DNA of 64,000 nucleotides. Source: an uncultured Gammaproteobacteria bacterium (GTDB taxonomy: Bacteria; Pseudomonadota; Gammaproteobacteria; Steroidobacterales; Woeseiaceae). The notes beneath the pieces are model-generated. The model made no database searches. It was given only the letters and a program-made list of their open reading frames with translations, and was not told the origin of the DNA. Location of the stretch: assembly GCA_963752875.1 (NCBI GenBank), contig CAVWAH010000011.1, forward strand, positions 121,761 to 185,760. Reading direction: 5' to 3'. Numbering within the stretch: the stretch's first letter is position 1; each line of letters begins with the position of its first letter. A program made the translations under genes and the position numbers. Below are positions 56,986-64,000 of this stretch, one piece after another.

Positions 56986-57237
56986 ATGATGATCAGTCTT
57001 GCGTACATCGCAATGTGGCTTTCAGTGACCATTTGGGCCGCGTGGTTCGTGTCGCGCCGAGTCTCTGATCGTCGTACAAGATTCGCTTACTATTTGCTGA
57101 TATGGCTGGTTCCGGTCGTTGGAGCGGCAGCCGCGATACTGATAATTGGATTTGGCGGCGATAGGAAGTCAACGAGCTCTGCCAATCGTCTGTTTGACTC
57201 GGTCGTAGAGTCTAGCAAGAAGAAACAAGACCGATAG
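56986..57237 (+). CDS. small two-TM membrane protein (PLDc_N-like)
   Basis: 83 aa with two hydrophobic helices; LLIWLVPVVGAAAAILIIG resembles the PLD-nuclease N-terminal domain pattern. Confidence 0.4.
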   Translation: MMISLAYIAMWLSVTIWAAWFVSRRVSDRRTRFAYYLLIWLVPVVGAAAAILIIGFGGDRKSTSSANRLFDSVVESSKKKQDR

Positions 57238-57273
57238 TCTGCGAAATTTACTTGCCGAAAGTGACGCTTACGG

Positions 57274-57465
57274 CTAATCCCACAGATCGCTGAATCGTCC
57301 AGGCGCAAGCTCGGTGTAGCGAGCGGTGTGTTGGATGGTTCGTGTATCGATATTCTTGTTGGCTAGATAGTACCCGCAAGCATGTCTCAACATGTGCGGA
57401 TGAATTCGCAATTTCGCAACAATGTTTTCTCCCGCGCGTTTCACTATCGTCGCGACAGCGGCTAG
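57274..57465 (-). pseudogene. C-terminal fragment of a FimB/FimE-like tyrosine recombinase
   Basis: The minus frame reads LAAVATIVKRAGENIVAKLRIHPHMLRHACGYYLANKNIDTRTIQHTARYTELAPGRFSDLWD*. The HxxR and RY-type catalytic region is present. The block equivalent to DYLGHRNIR is missing, and there is no N-terminal body. Confidence 0.55.
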
Positions 57466-58396
57466 CTAATGCAAATAGATCGGTGGTCGCGGCTCTTTGA
57501 GCACTCTTTCCGCAACGCTCAACAATCCTCCCGCGGGAGGATTGTCGTACGGGTTGGAAATTTCAACGGTTTCAGTGTCCATCATGTCCTGCGGAACGTA
57601 TCCGCACTCGGGAACTGCGATCCCATCTGGCCTCCTGAAGTACCAGCGATCCAGGAAGTCTTTCTCGATCCGGAATCCACCTTCATGCACCAGCGTGTGA
57701 TGCTTGGTACAGAGTAGCATCAGGTTATCCAGAGAAGTCTCGCCCCCGCTGGACCAGTGCTCAACATGGTGACTGTGCAGAAAGCGATGATTGTTGCAGC
57801 CAGGGAACTGGCAGCAGCTACTGTCTCGCGCGCGCAATGCTCTCTCGATTGCCTTCGGAATGACACGTGACTTGCGACCGATGCTGAGTGGCTCTCCGTT
57901 CTCGTCTTCAGTCAGGACCACGGCCTTTCCATCGCAGCACAGACGCTTCACAGCTTCGATCGGTAAGGCTGCGCGGCCTTCCTTGCCCGCAAGGGCTGAC
58001 TGGTCGACGTGGATTCCGTGACGTCATCATCGCGCGCCTTGTCGAGCGCCTTCTCGACCAGCCTCCCGCGTCCAATGGCAATTCGATCGTCACCGTGATC
58101 ATGCCGCGCTGGTGATTGCGGCCGATCCGCAATGAGCGGTTCGCCCACGCGCGGGCCGCGATATCAACGGAATCGGAGAACCAAAGCGCAACTCACGACA
58201 GCGTTCGGCCACGGTCGTCGAAGTGTGCCGCAAAGCAATCTCGACCAGGTCTTCCTCATCGCCGGTTCGCGACTCGCGTCATCTCCTTTACCTTGGAATA
58301 CGATAGCTCGCCAGTCGCAAAGACGGCCCAGACAGCAGGTAGTTTCTTCAATGCATGTGCCACGCGAACCTCGATCGGGATCAGGTCGGCGTTCAT
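57466..58396 (-). pseudogene. frameshifted DUF222/HNH endonuclease (13E12-repeat-like) gene
   Basis: The intact 3' part (57466-57951) carries HNH motifs CCQFPGC...HSHHVEHW...NLMLLCTKHHTLVHEGG. The upstream DUF222-like part (MNADLIPIEVRVAHALKKLPAVWAVFATGELSYSKVKEMTRVA... from ATG 58396) can only be followed by switching frame at least three times. Confidence 0.6.
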
Positions 58397-58421
58397 GGCG
58401 TCTTTCCAGTGGGAAAAAGAA

Positions 58422-58441
58422 TACTGTTATTATATACAGTA
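58422..58441. promoter_or_regulatory. LexA (SOS) box
   Basis: TACTGTTATTATATACAGTA fits the gammaproteobacterial TACTG(TA)5CAGTA consensus (CTGT-N8-ACAG). It lies 26 nt upstream of the DUF222/HNH start on the minus strand and 57 nt upstream of the 58498 start on the plus strand. In minus orientation the box contains a TATAAT. Confidence 0.6.
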
Positions 58442-58497
58442 TTTAACTTAAAATCACTTAAATAACAGTCATTTAATACGTGTGGTAAACTCAGCGC

Positions 58498-61140
58498 ATG
58501 AACCGAATCGCTGTTCCGTTCATTTGCCTGGCGCTTGGGCTCGCCGGTACCAGTAACGCGGACACGTACGTCGTGTCGTTCGCGGATATCCGCGATGCAA
58601 TCGACAACAGTGACGTACCACCGGACCAGGCCATCAGCGCCTATCTTGCGCGTACCCTTCGTGACGAACTTGATGACCTTGGTTTTGATTTCGAGCAGGG
58701 CGGTTTGCTTGGCGAGGTCCCCGTCGATGAAGTCACCGAGATCATTGATACGAATTGTCCGATTCCGTCGCCTTACGAAGTGCATACCGATGCAACGACG
58801 GCGGCGGTAACAATTGACGAGGGCTCGAGTTTCACGATCGGTCTGGATTCCCTGCAGTCGATAACGCTCAACGCGAATCTCACCGGCGTGGTTACGAGTA
58901 CTACCACGGCCTGGGTGCGCTGGGGTCAGAATATTCCATTCGGATCTGACTGCGCCAGGTACGATACGGATCACGGTTGGATCTCCGTTACGGTGCCGTT
59001 CTCCCTCGACTTGACGGTTGACTTGCAGCTGACGCCGACCTATGAAGCGCAGCAGGTCGCGATTGTTGTCGACAAGTCAGCAACTGTGAATGGCGACTTC
59101 GCTATCAATGGCGCATCAATTGACTATGACTTTGGTTCGGTATCGCTGACAGAAGTCGTCCTCCGTTTTGTGGAAGATAGCCTGGTCGACGAGATCGAGC
59201 TGAAGGGTGAACAGACAGTTGCCGACCTGCTCACGGAATTGTCCTATCGGCTCGACGGCTTTGACGAAAACGGAAATCCGGACCCGACAATCGAGCCGTT
59301 CAACGCCCCTACGACCTTCGCGCTGGACATGAGCGAGGAAGACACGGCGTTTGTACGAGGCGTACTGGACACACTGGGCTTACCGGATATTGTAATTTCA
59401 ATGCTGGGCACCCGGGGCATAGACATTCTGCTGGACCTGGTGGTGCTGCCGCCGGACGAGCGCGACCGCTACCTGGCTGCGTTGGGTGCCGAGGTGGGCT
59501 GCGAGGCACTGTTCACTACCTACAGGACCGTATTGGAGCGCAACCCGGTCTACCATATGGATAACGGCAGCTGCGTCGCGTCGCCTGTCACCGGACCACC
59601 GCGTGGTCCGTACTACACAGATGCATCGTGCGTGGACGAGGTCGCATTCTCGCCGTCCGACGAAACGATGTTCTGCCAGGCCCTGTTCGGTGATGCAGCG
59701 GAGACGCTGCTTGGTAATCCAGCTGCCTGGCAGGCCGTGGGCAACCAGCCGAACGATGTGCTGCCGTCGTTTGAGAGCCTGCCGTGGACCACCGTGCCTT
59801 CGACGGAGCTTGATCTTGGAACGGTGACGCTGGTGGACAACATGCTGCCGTACATGAAACAGCTTCGCTACAAGGTTGTTGATGGCGTAGCACGCGGCAC
59901 CGGTGTGTGTGAACTCGAAATGCGCGTCTACAAAAATGACATCACCGCGACCGGTCTCAAGCCATTGATTGCGCTGCACGGCGGCACCTGGAAGCACAGG
60001 GGATCATCGTTTCTTGGGCTCGAGGCGGGCGTGTCACAGTTCACTGAGCGCGGCTTCATCGTATTCGCACCGTTCTACCGGCTGGTGACTACGGGTGACG
60101 GCAACGATGAGTGCAACGGCGCGAGCTGGCGGGAAATCACAGCCGATGTTGAGTCTGCGCTGGATTGGGTGCGGGCAAACGGTGCCGCGTTCGGTGCGAC
60201 GACCGACAAGGTCAATGTCTTCGGCCAGTCCGCCGGTGGCCACCTCGCGGCGTGGCTCGCAGCTCACAGACCCGATGATGTACAAAAGGCGCTCGTCTTC
60301 TATGCACCACTGGATATTCTGGACTTCCTGTCTGATGCCCAGCTGGCCGGGAGCGGCCTCGAGGACTTCCGTGACTTCGCCATGCGGGCGATTGCTACGC
60401 TGTTCGGCGCAAGGCAGGGCGATGCCGAACTCAAATTGGACACCATCGATTTCGGCGGAGTCACAACGGGTTCTCTGGCTGACAACTGGGCCACGCTGAT
60501 ACCGGGCAGTGCATTCGATCTCAGCAGCATCGCGTTGAACGACGTACCGGTTTACCTGGACCGCTGTGCAGGAATAACGGGTATCGACCTCGCGACGGTG
60601 AATCTGGCAATGCCACCCATGGAACTGCTGAATTGCCTCAAAGAAGATTTGCGGGATTTCCTGATCGACAACTCGTTCAACGACAAACTGGCGGGCGAGG
60701 ACGTTCCCGTATTCGCCGTGCACGGCTCCGCCGATACGTTGGTGCCGCACTCCCAGGCCGTTGACCTTTGCGCCGCAATCGATGACACGGTCTATTCGAG
60801 CGACGTTGTGGACAATGAAACCGTGTACTCGTGTGGCGTCTCGAGCGAGGTGCGCATCGTAAAGGACGCCGAGCATATGCTCGATCTTGGATTCTGTGTC
60901 GAGCCAATCTGTCCTTCTGGCGTGGATCCCGGACCTGTACGTACCGCAGCAAGGAGTGCCATTCTCGCTGCCTATGATTGGCTGGCGAATGATCCGGTCT
61001 TGCCGCCAGCCCCGCCACCACCGGTAGCCGGACCACCTCCGTCATCCGGCGGTGGTGGTGCAATCAATCTGTTTGTCCTGATGTCGCTGATCTGGCTGCG
61101 CGCCAGTCTTGCCGCCCGGTGGCGACCCGGACGCAGGTAG
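58498..61140 (+). CDS. large secreted protein: unknown ~470-aa N-terminal region, alpha/beta-hydrolase (esterase/lipase) domain, GlyGly-CTERM-like sorting tail
   Basis: Signal peptide ...LAGTSNA. LHGGTW oxyanion-type motif, GQSAGG nucleophile elbow, HGSADTLVP, DAEHML. Tail PPAPPPPVAGPPPSSGGGGAINLFVLMSLIWLRASLAARWRPGRR. Confidence 0.7.
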   Translation: MNRIAVPFICLALGLAGTSNADTYVVSFADIRDAIDNSDVPPDQAISAYLARTLRDELDDLGFDFEQGGLLGEVPVDEVTEIIDTNCPIPSPYEVHTDATTAAVTIDEGSSFTIGLDSLQSITLNANLTGVVTSTTTAWVRWGQNIPFGSDCARYDTDHGWISVTVPFSLDLTVDLQLTPTYEAQQVAIVVDKSATVNGDFAINGASIDYDFGSVSLTEVVLRFVEDSLVDEIELKGEQTVADLLTELSYRLDGFDENGNPDPTIEPFNAPTTFALDMSEEDTAFVRGVLDTLGLPDIVISMLGTRGIDILLDLVVLPPDERDRYLAALGAEVGCEALFTTYRTVLERNPVYHMDNGSCVASPVTGPPRGPYYTDASCVDEVAFSPSDETMFCQALFGDAAETLLGNPAAWQAVGNQPNDVLPSFESLPWTTVPSTELDLGTVTLVDNMLPYMKQLRYKVVDGVARGTGVCELEMRVYKNDITATGLKPLIALHGGTWKHRGSSFLGLEAGVSQFTERGFIVFAPFYRLVTTGDGNDECNGASWREITADVESALDWVRANGAAFGATTDKVNVFGQSAGGHLAAWLAAHRPDDVQKALVFYAPLDILDFLSDAQLAGSGLEDFRDFAMRAIATLFGARQGDAELKLDTIDFGGVTTGSLADNWATLIPGSAFDLSSIALNDVPVYLDRCAGITGIDLATVNLAMPPMELLNCLKEDLRDFLIDNSFNDKLAGEDVPVFAVHGSADTLVPHSQAVDLCAAIDDTVYSSDVVDNETVYSCGVSSEVRIVKDAEHMLDLGFCVEPICPSGVDPGPVRTAARSAILAAYDWLANDPVLPPAPPPPVAGPPPSSGGGGAINLFVLMSLIWLRASLAARWRPGRR

Positions 61141-61258
61141 TTCCAAACTGAGTTTGGGTCCACCATGAAGATGGTAGATACGTGATCTGTGGCTGGTAAT
61201 ATGCTGCCGATTGGTGGCAAAGTAGCGCTCCTGCAAACCCTCTTGAGTTGAGCAACCG

Positions 61259-62251
61259 ATGAAGCCTTTCGGCACTGAGTTTTGCGATCACATCGCGATC
61301 GCACGATACGCCGACGGCGCCTGGAGCGTACCGTCGATAGAACCCCTGGCACCATTGCCAATGCACCCGGCCGCCCATGTTTTCCACTATTCGAGCACCT
61401 GCTTTGAGGGCTTCAAGGCCTATCGTTGGGAAGACGGTAAGGGTCGCATTTTCCGCTTGCATGACCACGTCGCGCGCATGCAGCGCAGCGCTGAGTCCCT
61501 GCACCTGCCGATACCTGACGCGGATCTTCTGGCTGGCATGGTGGTCGATGTTGTACACAAAAACGTTGCCGCCATACCTGAGCCCCCGGCGTCGCTTTAC
61601 CTGCGCCCGACGCTCATCGGTACTCTCGAAAACATCGGTGCGGCGGCAGCCCCATCGCATGAGGCCACTCTGTTCGTGCTTTGCTCCCCGGTCGGCGATT
61701 ATTTCGCTGGCGGTTCAGCGGCGCTGACACTGCTTGTCGAGGACAAGAAAGCACGCACTACGGAGCAACTCGGTAGCACCAAGACTGGCGGCAACTACGC
61801 CGCCGCGTTGGGCCCCACGCTCGACGCGAAAGAAAAGTATGGAGCTGACCAGGTACTGTTCTGCCCGCACGGCGACGTTCAGGAAACTGGCGCCGCTAAC
61901 TTCCTGCTGATCAGCGATGACGAGATCATTACCAAGCCGCTGGATACAACGTTCCTGCACGGTATGACGCGCGATTCTATTCTGAAACTGGGCGCCGAAC
62001 TGGGCTACACGATCAGTGAACGCCAGTTCACGGTTACCGAGTTGCTCGAGAAGGTATCGACGTACGAGGCGTGCCTGTCAGGAACGGCAGCAACGTTGTC
62101 ACCTGTCGGTATGCTGGTCTACAACGGTGAAGAGACCCAGGTACGCGATGGCCGGCCGGGACCGAATCGCAAGAAGCTGCAAACCGCATTGCAGAATATC
62201 CAGTACGGACTTGCCACCGATACGCACGGCTGGTTAACAGAAGTCGGGTAA
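61259..62251 (+). CDS. ilvE: branched-chain amino acid aminotransferase (class IV)
   Basis: 330 aa; FEGFKAYR, YLRP, TKTGGNY and GMTRDS motifs. Confidence 0.9.
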   Translation: MKPFGTEFCDHIAIARYADGAWSVPSIEPLAPLPMHPAAHVFHYSSTCFEGFKAYRWEDGKGRIFRLHDHVARMQRSAESLHLPIPDADLLAGMVVDVVHKNVAAIPEPPASLYLRPTLIGTLENIGAAAAPSHEATLFVLCSPVGDYFAGGSAALTLLVEDKKARTTEQLGSTKTGGNYAAALGPTLDAKEKYGADQVLFCPHGDVQETGAANFLLISDDEIITKPLDTTFLHGMTRDSILKLGAELGYTISERQFTVTELLEKVSTYEACLSGTAATLSPVGMLVYNGEETQVRDGRPGPNRKKLQTALQNIQYGLATDTHGWLTEVG

Positions 62252-62294
62252 TCGGTCTCTGGTTAACTACCGGCCGACGCCCCGGTATAGGTAG

Positions 62295-62537
62295 CCGAAC
62301 ACGCCTCGCGAGTTCTTTCGGTTGCGCGTAATTCTATCTTTGTGCCAGCTCGGCTATGGATTCGGCTACCTATCCCGAGCCGCCAGCCTGTGTTGGCCTC
62401 GCGATCCTGGCCGCACGTTATGGTATCGGGGCAGTGCGGAGAGCATCCCCGAATCCATAGCCGAGCTGGCACAGTGAATAAACTACGTGGCAGCAACAGA
62501 ACTCGCGAGGCGTGTTCGGGGATGCTCTCCGTGCTGC
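62295..62537. repeat. nested inverted-repeat (REP/MITE-like) element in the convergent ilvE/hemN intergenic region
   Basis: A perfect 22-bp inverted repeat: 62295-62316 vs 62498-62519. A perfect 25-bp inverted repeat: 62341-62365 vs 62449-62473. The 24-nt spacers between them are equal in length but unrelated in sequence. A third 23-bp inverted pair (2 mismatches): 62431-62453 vs 62515-62537. Confidence 0.85.
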
Positions 62538-62560
62538 ACCTCTACGCGAGACCCGGTTGG

Positions 62561-63940
62561 TCAGATCGCTTTTGAGAATCGGTTGTCGTTCTCTTCGAGA
62601 TCGATATACCGATCAAACGTCATTGCGATGTTCCGCAGCAATAGCCGGCCCCTCGGCGTGATTTCGATTCCGGCGTCGCTCAACACGATCAGGTCGTCTT
62701 TTTCAAGTACGTCGAGTTTCTTGATCTCAGCCGCGAAGTACTCACGAAAATCGATTCCGTGTTCGGTACCAAAATCATCGAATGACAGGCTGTCGTAGCA
62801 CATCAGGTCCTGGATGACCGCGGCTCTGATCAGGTCGTCGTCGTCAACCAGCAGGCCTTTCTTGATGGGCAGTTCACCACTTTCGATGATCTCCTCGTAT
62901 TCCATGGTGGTAATGGAATTCTGGGCGAACATGTTGCCGATGCCGCCGATGCCGCTGACGCCGAGCGAGACCAGGTCGCATTGGCGATGCGTCGAGTAAC
63001 CCTGGAAGTTTCTTTGTAGCGTGCCGTTTTGCCGCGCCAGTACGAGTTCGTCGTCAGGCAATGCGAAGTGGTCCATGCCGATGTAGATGAATCCCGCATC
63101 GCAAAGCTTGTCGATTGTATGGTGCAGCAGGTCCAGCCTGGTCTCAGGTGCAGGGATATCCTCGGCATTAATCATGCGCTGCCCTTTGAAACGTTGTGGC
63201 AGGTGCGCATAGTTATAGACGGCCAGCCTGTCGGGCTTCATCGCGATGACGATATCGAGCGTCTTGTCGAAACTCTCCACGCTTTGATGTGGCAGGCCGT
63301 AGATCAGGTCGAAGGAAATTGAACCGAAGCCGGATTCTCGCGCACTGTCCATGAGTGTCTGGACCTCTTCCGGCGACTGCGTGCGGTTTACGGCTTTCTG
63401 TACGCTCTCATCAAAATCCTGAATCCCCAGGCTGAGGCGGTTGAAGCCGAGGTCCCAAAGTTCGCGGATCCGCCCCGCGTCGACCGTGCGCGGATCAACT
63501 TCAATCGAAAACTCGCGCTCGTCGCTCTCGTCAAACGTGAACGAGGCGCGCAAGTGGTCCATGAGCGCGCCCAATTGTTCCTTGTCGAGATAGGTCGGGG
63601 TGCCACCGCCGAAGTGCAATTGCTCGATCTTGCGACTGCGGTCGAAGAGCTCTGACTGCATTTCGATTTCACGGTACAGCATCTCCATGTAGCGGGAGAC
63701 ACGCTCTTCGTTGCGCGTGACAATCTTGTTGCAGCCGCAGTAGTAACAGAGCGAATGACAAAACGGGATATGAATATAGAGCGACAGCGGTACGTCGCTG
63801 TCATTGCTTTCTTTCGCCTTGGCCCGGTAGTCGTCGGCTGTCAGTTCGTCATTGAACTGCAGCGCGGTCGGGTAGGAGGTGTAACGCGGCCCGCGACCGC
63901 CATAGCGGACGATAAGGTCCTGATCAAAACAAACCTGCAT
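62561..63940 (-). CDS. hemN: oxygen-independent coproporphyrinogen III oxidase (radical SAM)
   Basis: GPRYTSYPTA and CHSLCYYCGC motifs. ATG 63940 lies 5 nt after AGGAGA; the track start is TTG 63943. Confidence 0.9.
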   Translation of the reverse strand: MQVCFDQDLIVRYGGRGPRYTSYPTALQFNDELTADDYRAKAKESNDSDVPLSLYIHIPFCHSLCYYCGCNKIVTRNEERVSRYMEMLYREIEMQSELFDRSRKIEQLHFGGGTPTYLDKEQLGALMDHLRASFTFDESDEREFSIEVDPRTVDAGRIRELWDLGFNRLSLGIQDFDESVQKAVNRTQSPEEVQTLMDSARESGFGSISFDLIYGLPHQSVESFDKTLDIVIAMKPDRLAVYNYAHLPQRFKGQRMINAEDIPAPETRLDLLHHTIDKLCDAGFIYIGMDHFALPDDELVLARQNGTLQRNFQGYSTHRQCDLVSLGVSGIGGIGNMFAQNSITTMEYEEIIESGELPIKKGLLVDDDDLIRAAVIQDLMCYDSLSFDDFGTEHGIDFREYFAAEIKKLDVLEKDDLIVLSDAGIEITPRGRLLLRNIAMTFDRYIDLEENDNRFSKAI

Positions 63941-64000
63941 CAAACTCTCCTAAGCGCATGTACGAGGTACAGGGAGATGGTAAACAGCAACATGGCCACG
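63940..64000 (-). CDS. 3' end of an upstream membrane-protein gene (partial, unidentified)
   Basis: The minus frame reads ...VAMLLFTISLYLVHALRRV*, with a TGA overlapping the hemN ATG by 1 nt. Too short to identify. Confidence 0.25.
   Translation of the reverse strand, partial: VAMLLFTISLYLVHALRRV

Noticed and set aside
59398-60876. 199-aa and 280-aa minus-strand ORFs inside the 880-aa gene
   Set aside because: Antisense shadows. The plus frame has a signal peptide, esterase motifs and a sorting tail.
61064-61660. 198-aa minus-strand ORF spanning the esterase/ilvE intergenic region
   Set aside because: It overlaps both the 3' end of the esterase gene and the 5' end of ilvE on the opposite strand, and its product has no recognisable features.
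62295-62537. Possible CRISPR array
   Set aside because: The repeats are inverted rather than direct, there are only two copies of each, and no cas genes are present.
62263-62575. Two 77-aa ORFs (one on each strand) sharing RIHSRAGT and TREACS peptides
   Set aside because: The shared peptides arise because both ORFs read the same inverted-repeat arms. This is an artefact of the palindromic element, not paralogous genes.

Overview
64-kb, roughly 60% GC window that looks like a marine gammaproteobacterial chromosome (Na+-NQR with ApbE/NqrM, OadGAB, NhaD, a GlyGly-CTERM-type sorting tail). All calls come from reading the translated ORFs and the DNA by eye; no searches were run. (1) 1-18971 is a dense respiratory island. 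It holds an edge-truncated OmcA/MtrC-type decaheme lipoprotein that is missing from the ORF track, a diheme cytochrome c, and two multiheme-c::cytochrome-b fusion proteins (19 and 11 CXXCH). It also holds a 3-TM NapC/NirT-like hexaheme translationally coupled to a type-B FrdCAB, and a tetraheme/NrfC/NrfD module coupled to a large DUF2339-like membrane protein. This is the most likely candidate for an undescribed system: an extracellular or long-range electron-transfer chain built from both Shewanella-type and Geobacter-type parts. (2) 18968-27386 (minus strand) is menA-like, nqrABCDEF, apbE, nqrM and a CBS-domain gene. (3) 27.6-36.5 kb is housekeeping: peptidases (Dcp, M1), HupE/UreJ, a quinone oxidoreductase, an SH3b/acidic-repeat/Peptidase_S74-chaperone protein, a lipase-like lipoprotein and a His-rich metal transporter. 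(4) 36.7-39.8 kb is oadGAB. (5) 39.9-49.3 kb is an AT-richer glycan or lipid-modification cluster: polyprenyl-P GT2, truncated epimerase-like gene, DUF354, AsnB-like amidotransferase, radical SAM/SPASM, two methyltransferases, a flippase-like protein and an acetyltransferase remnant. (6) 49.4-55.2 kb holds an M20 peptidase, an MBL hydrolase, mmsA plus an omega-aminotransferase, and an XRE/cupin regulator. (7) 55.3-58.5 kb is an AT-rich islet with orphan secreted proteins, an integrase fragment, a frameshifted DUF222/HNH gene and a canonical LexA box. (8) The window ends with an 880-aa esterase carrying a GlyGly-CTERM-like tail, ilvE, a ~240-bp nested inverted-repeat element and hemN. No rRNA, tRNA or CRISPR array was seen.
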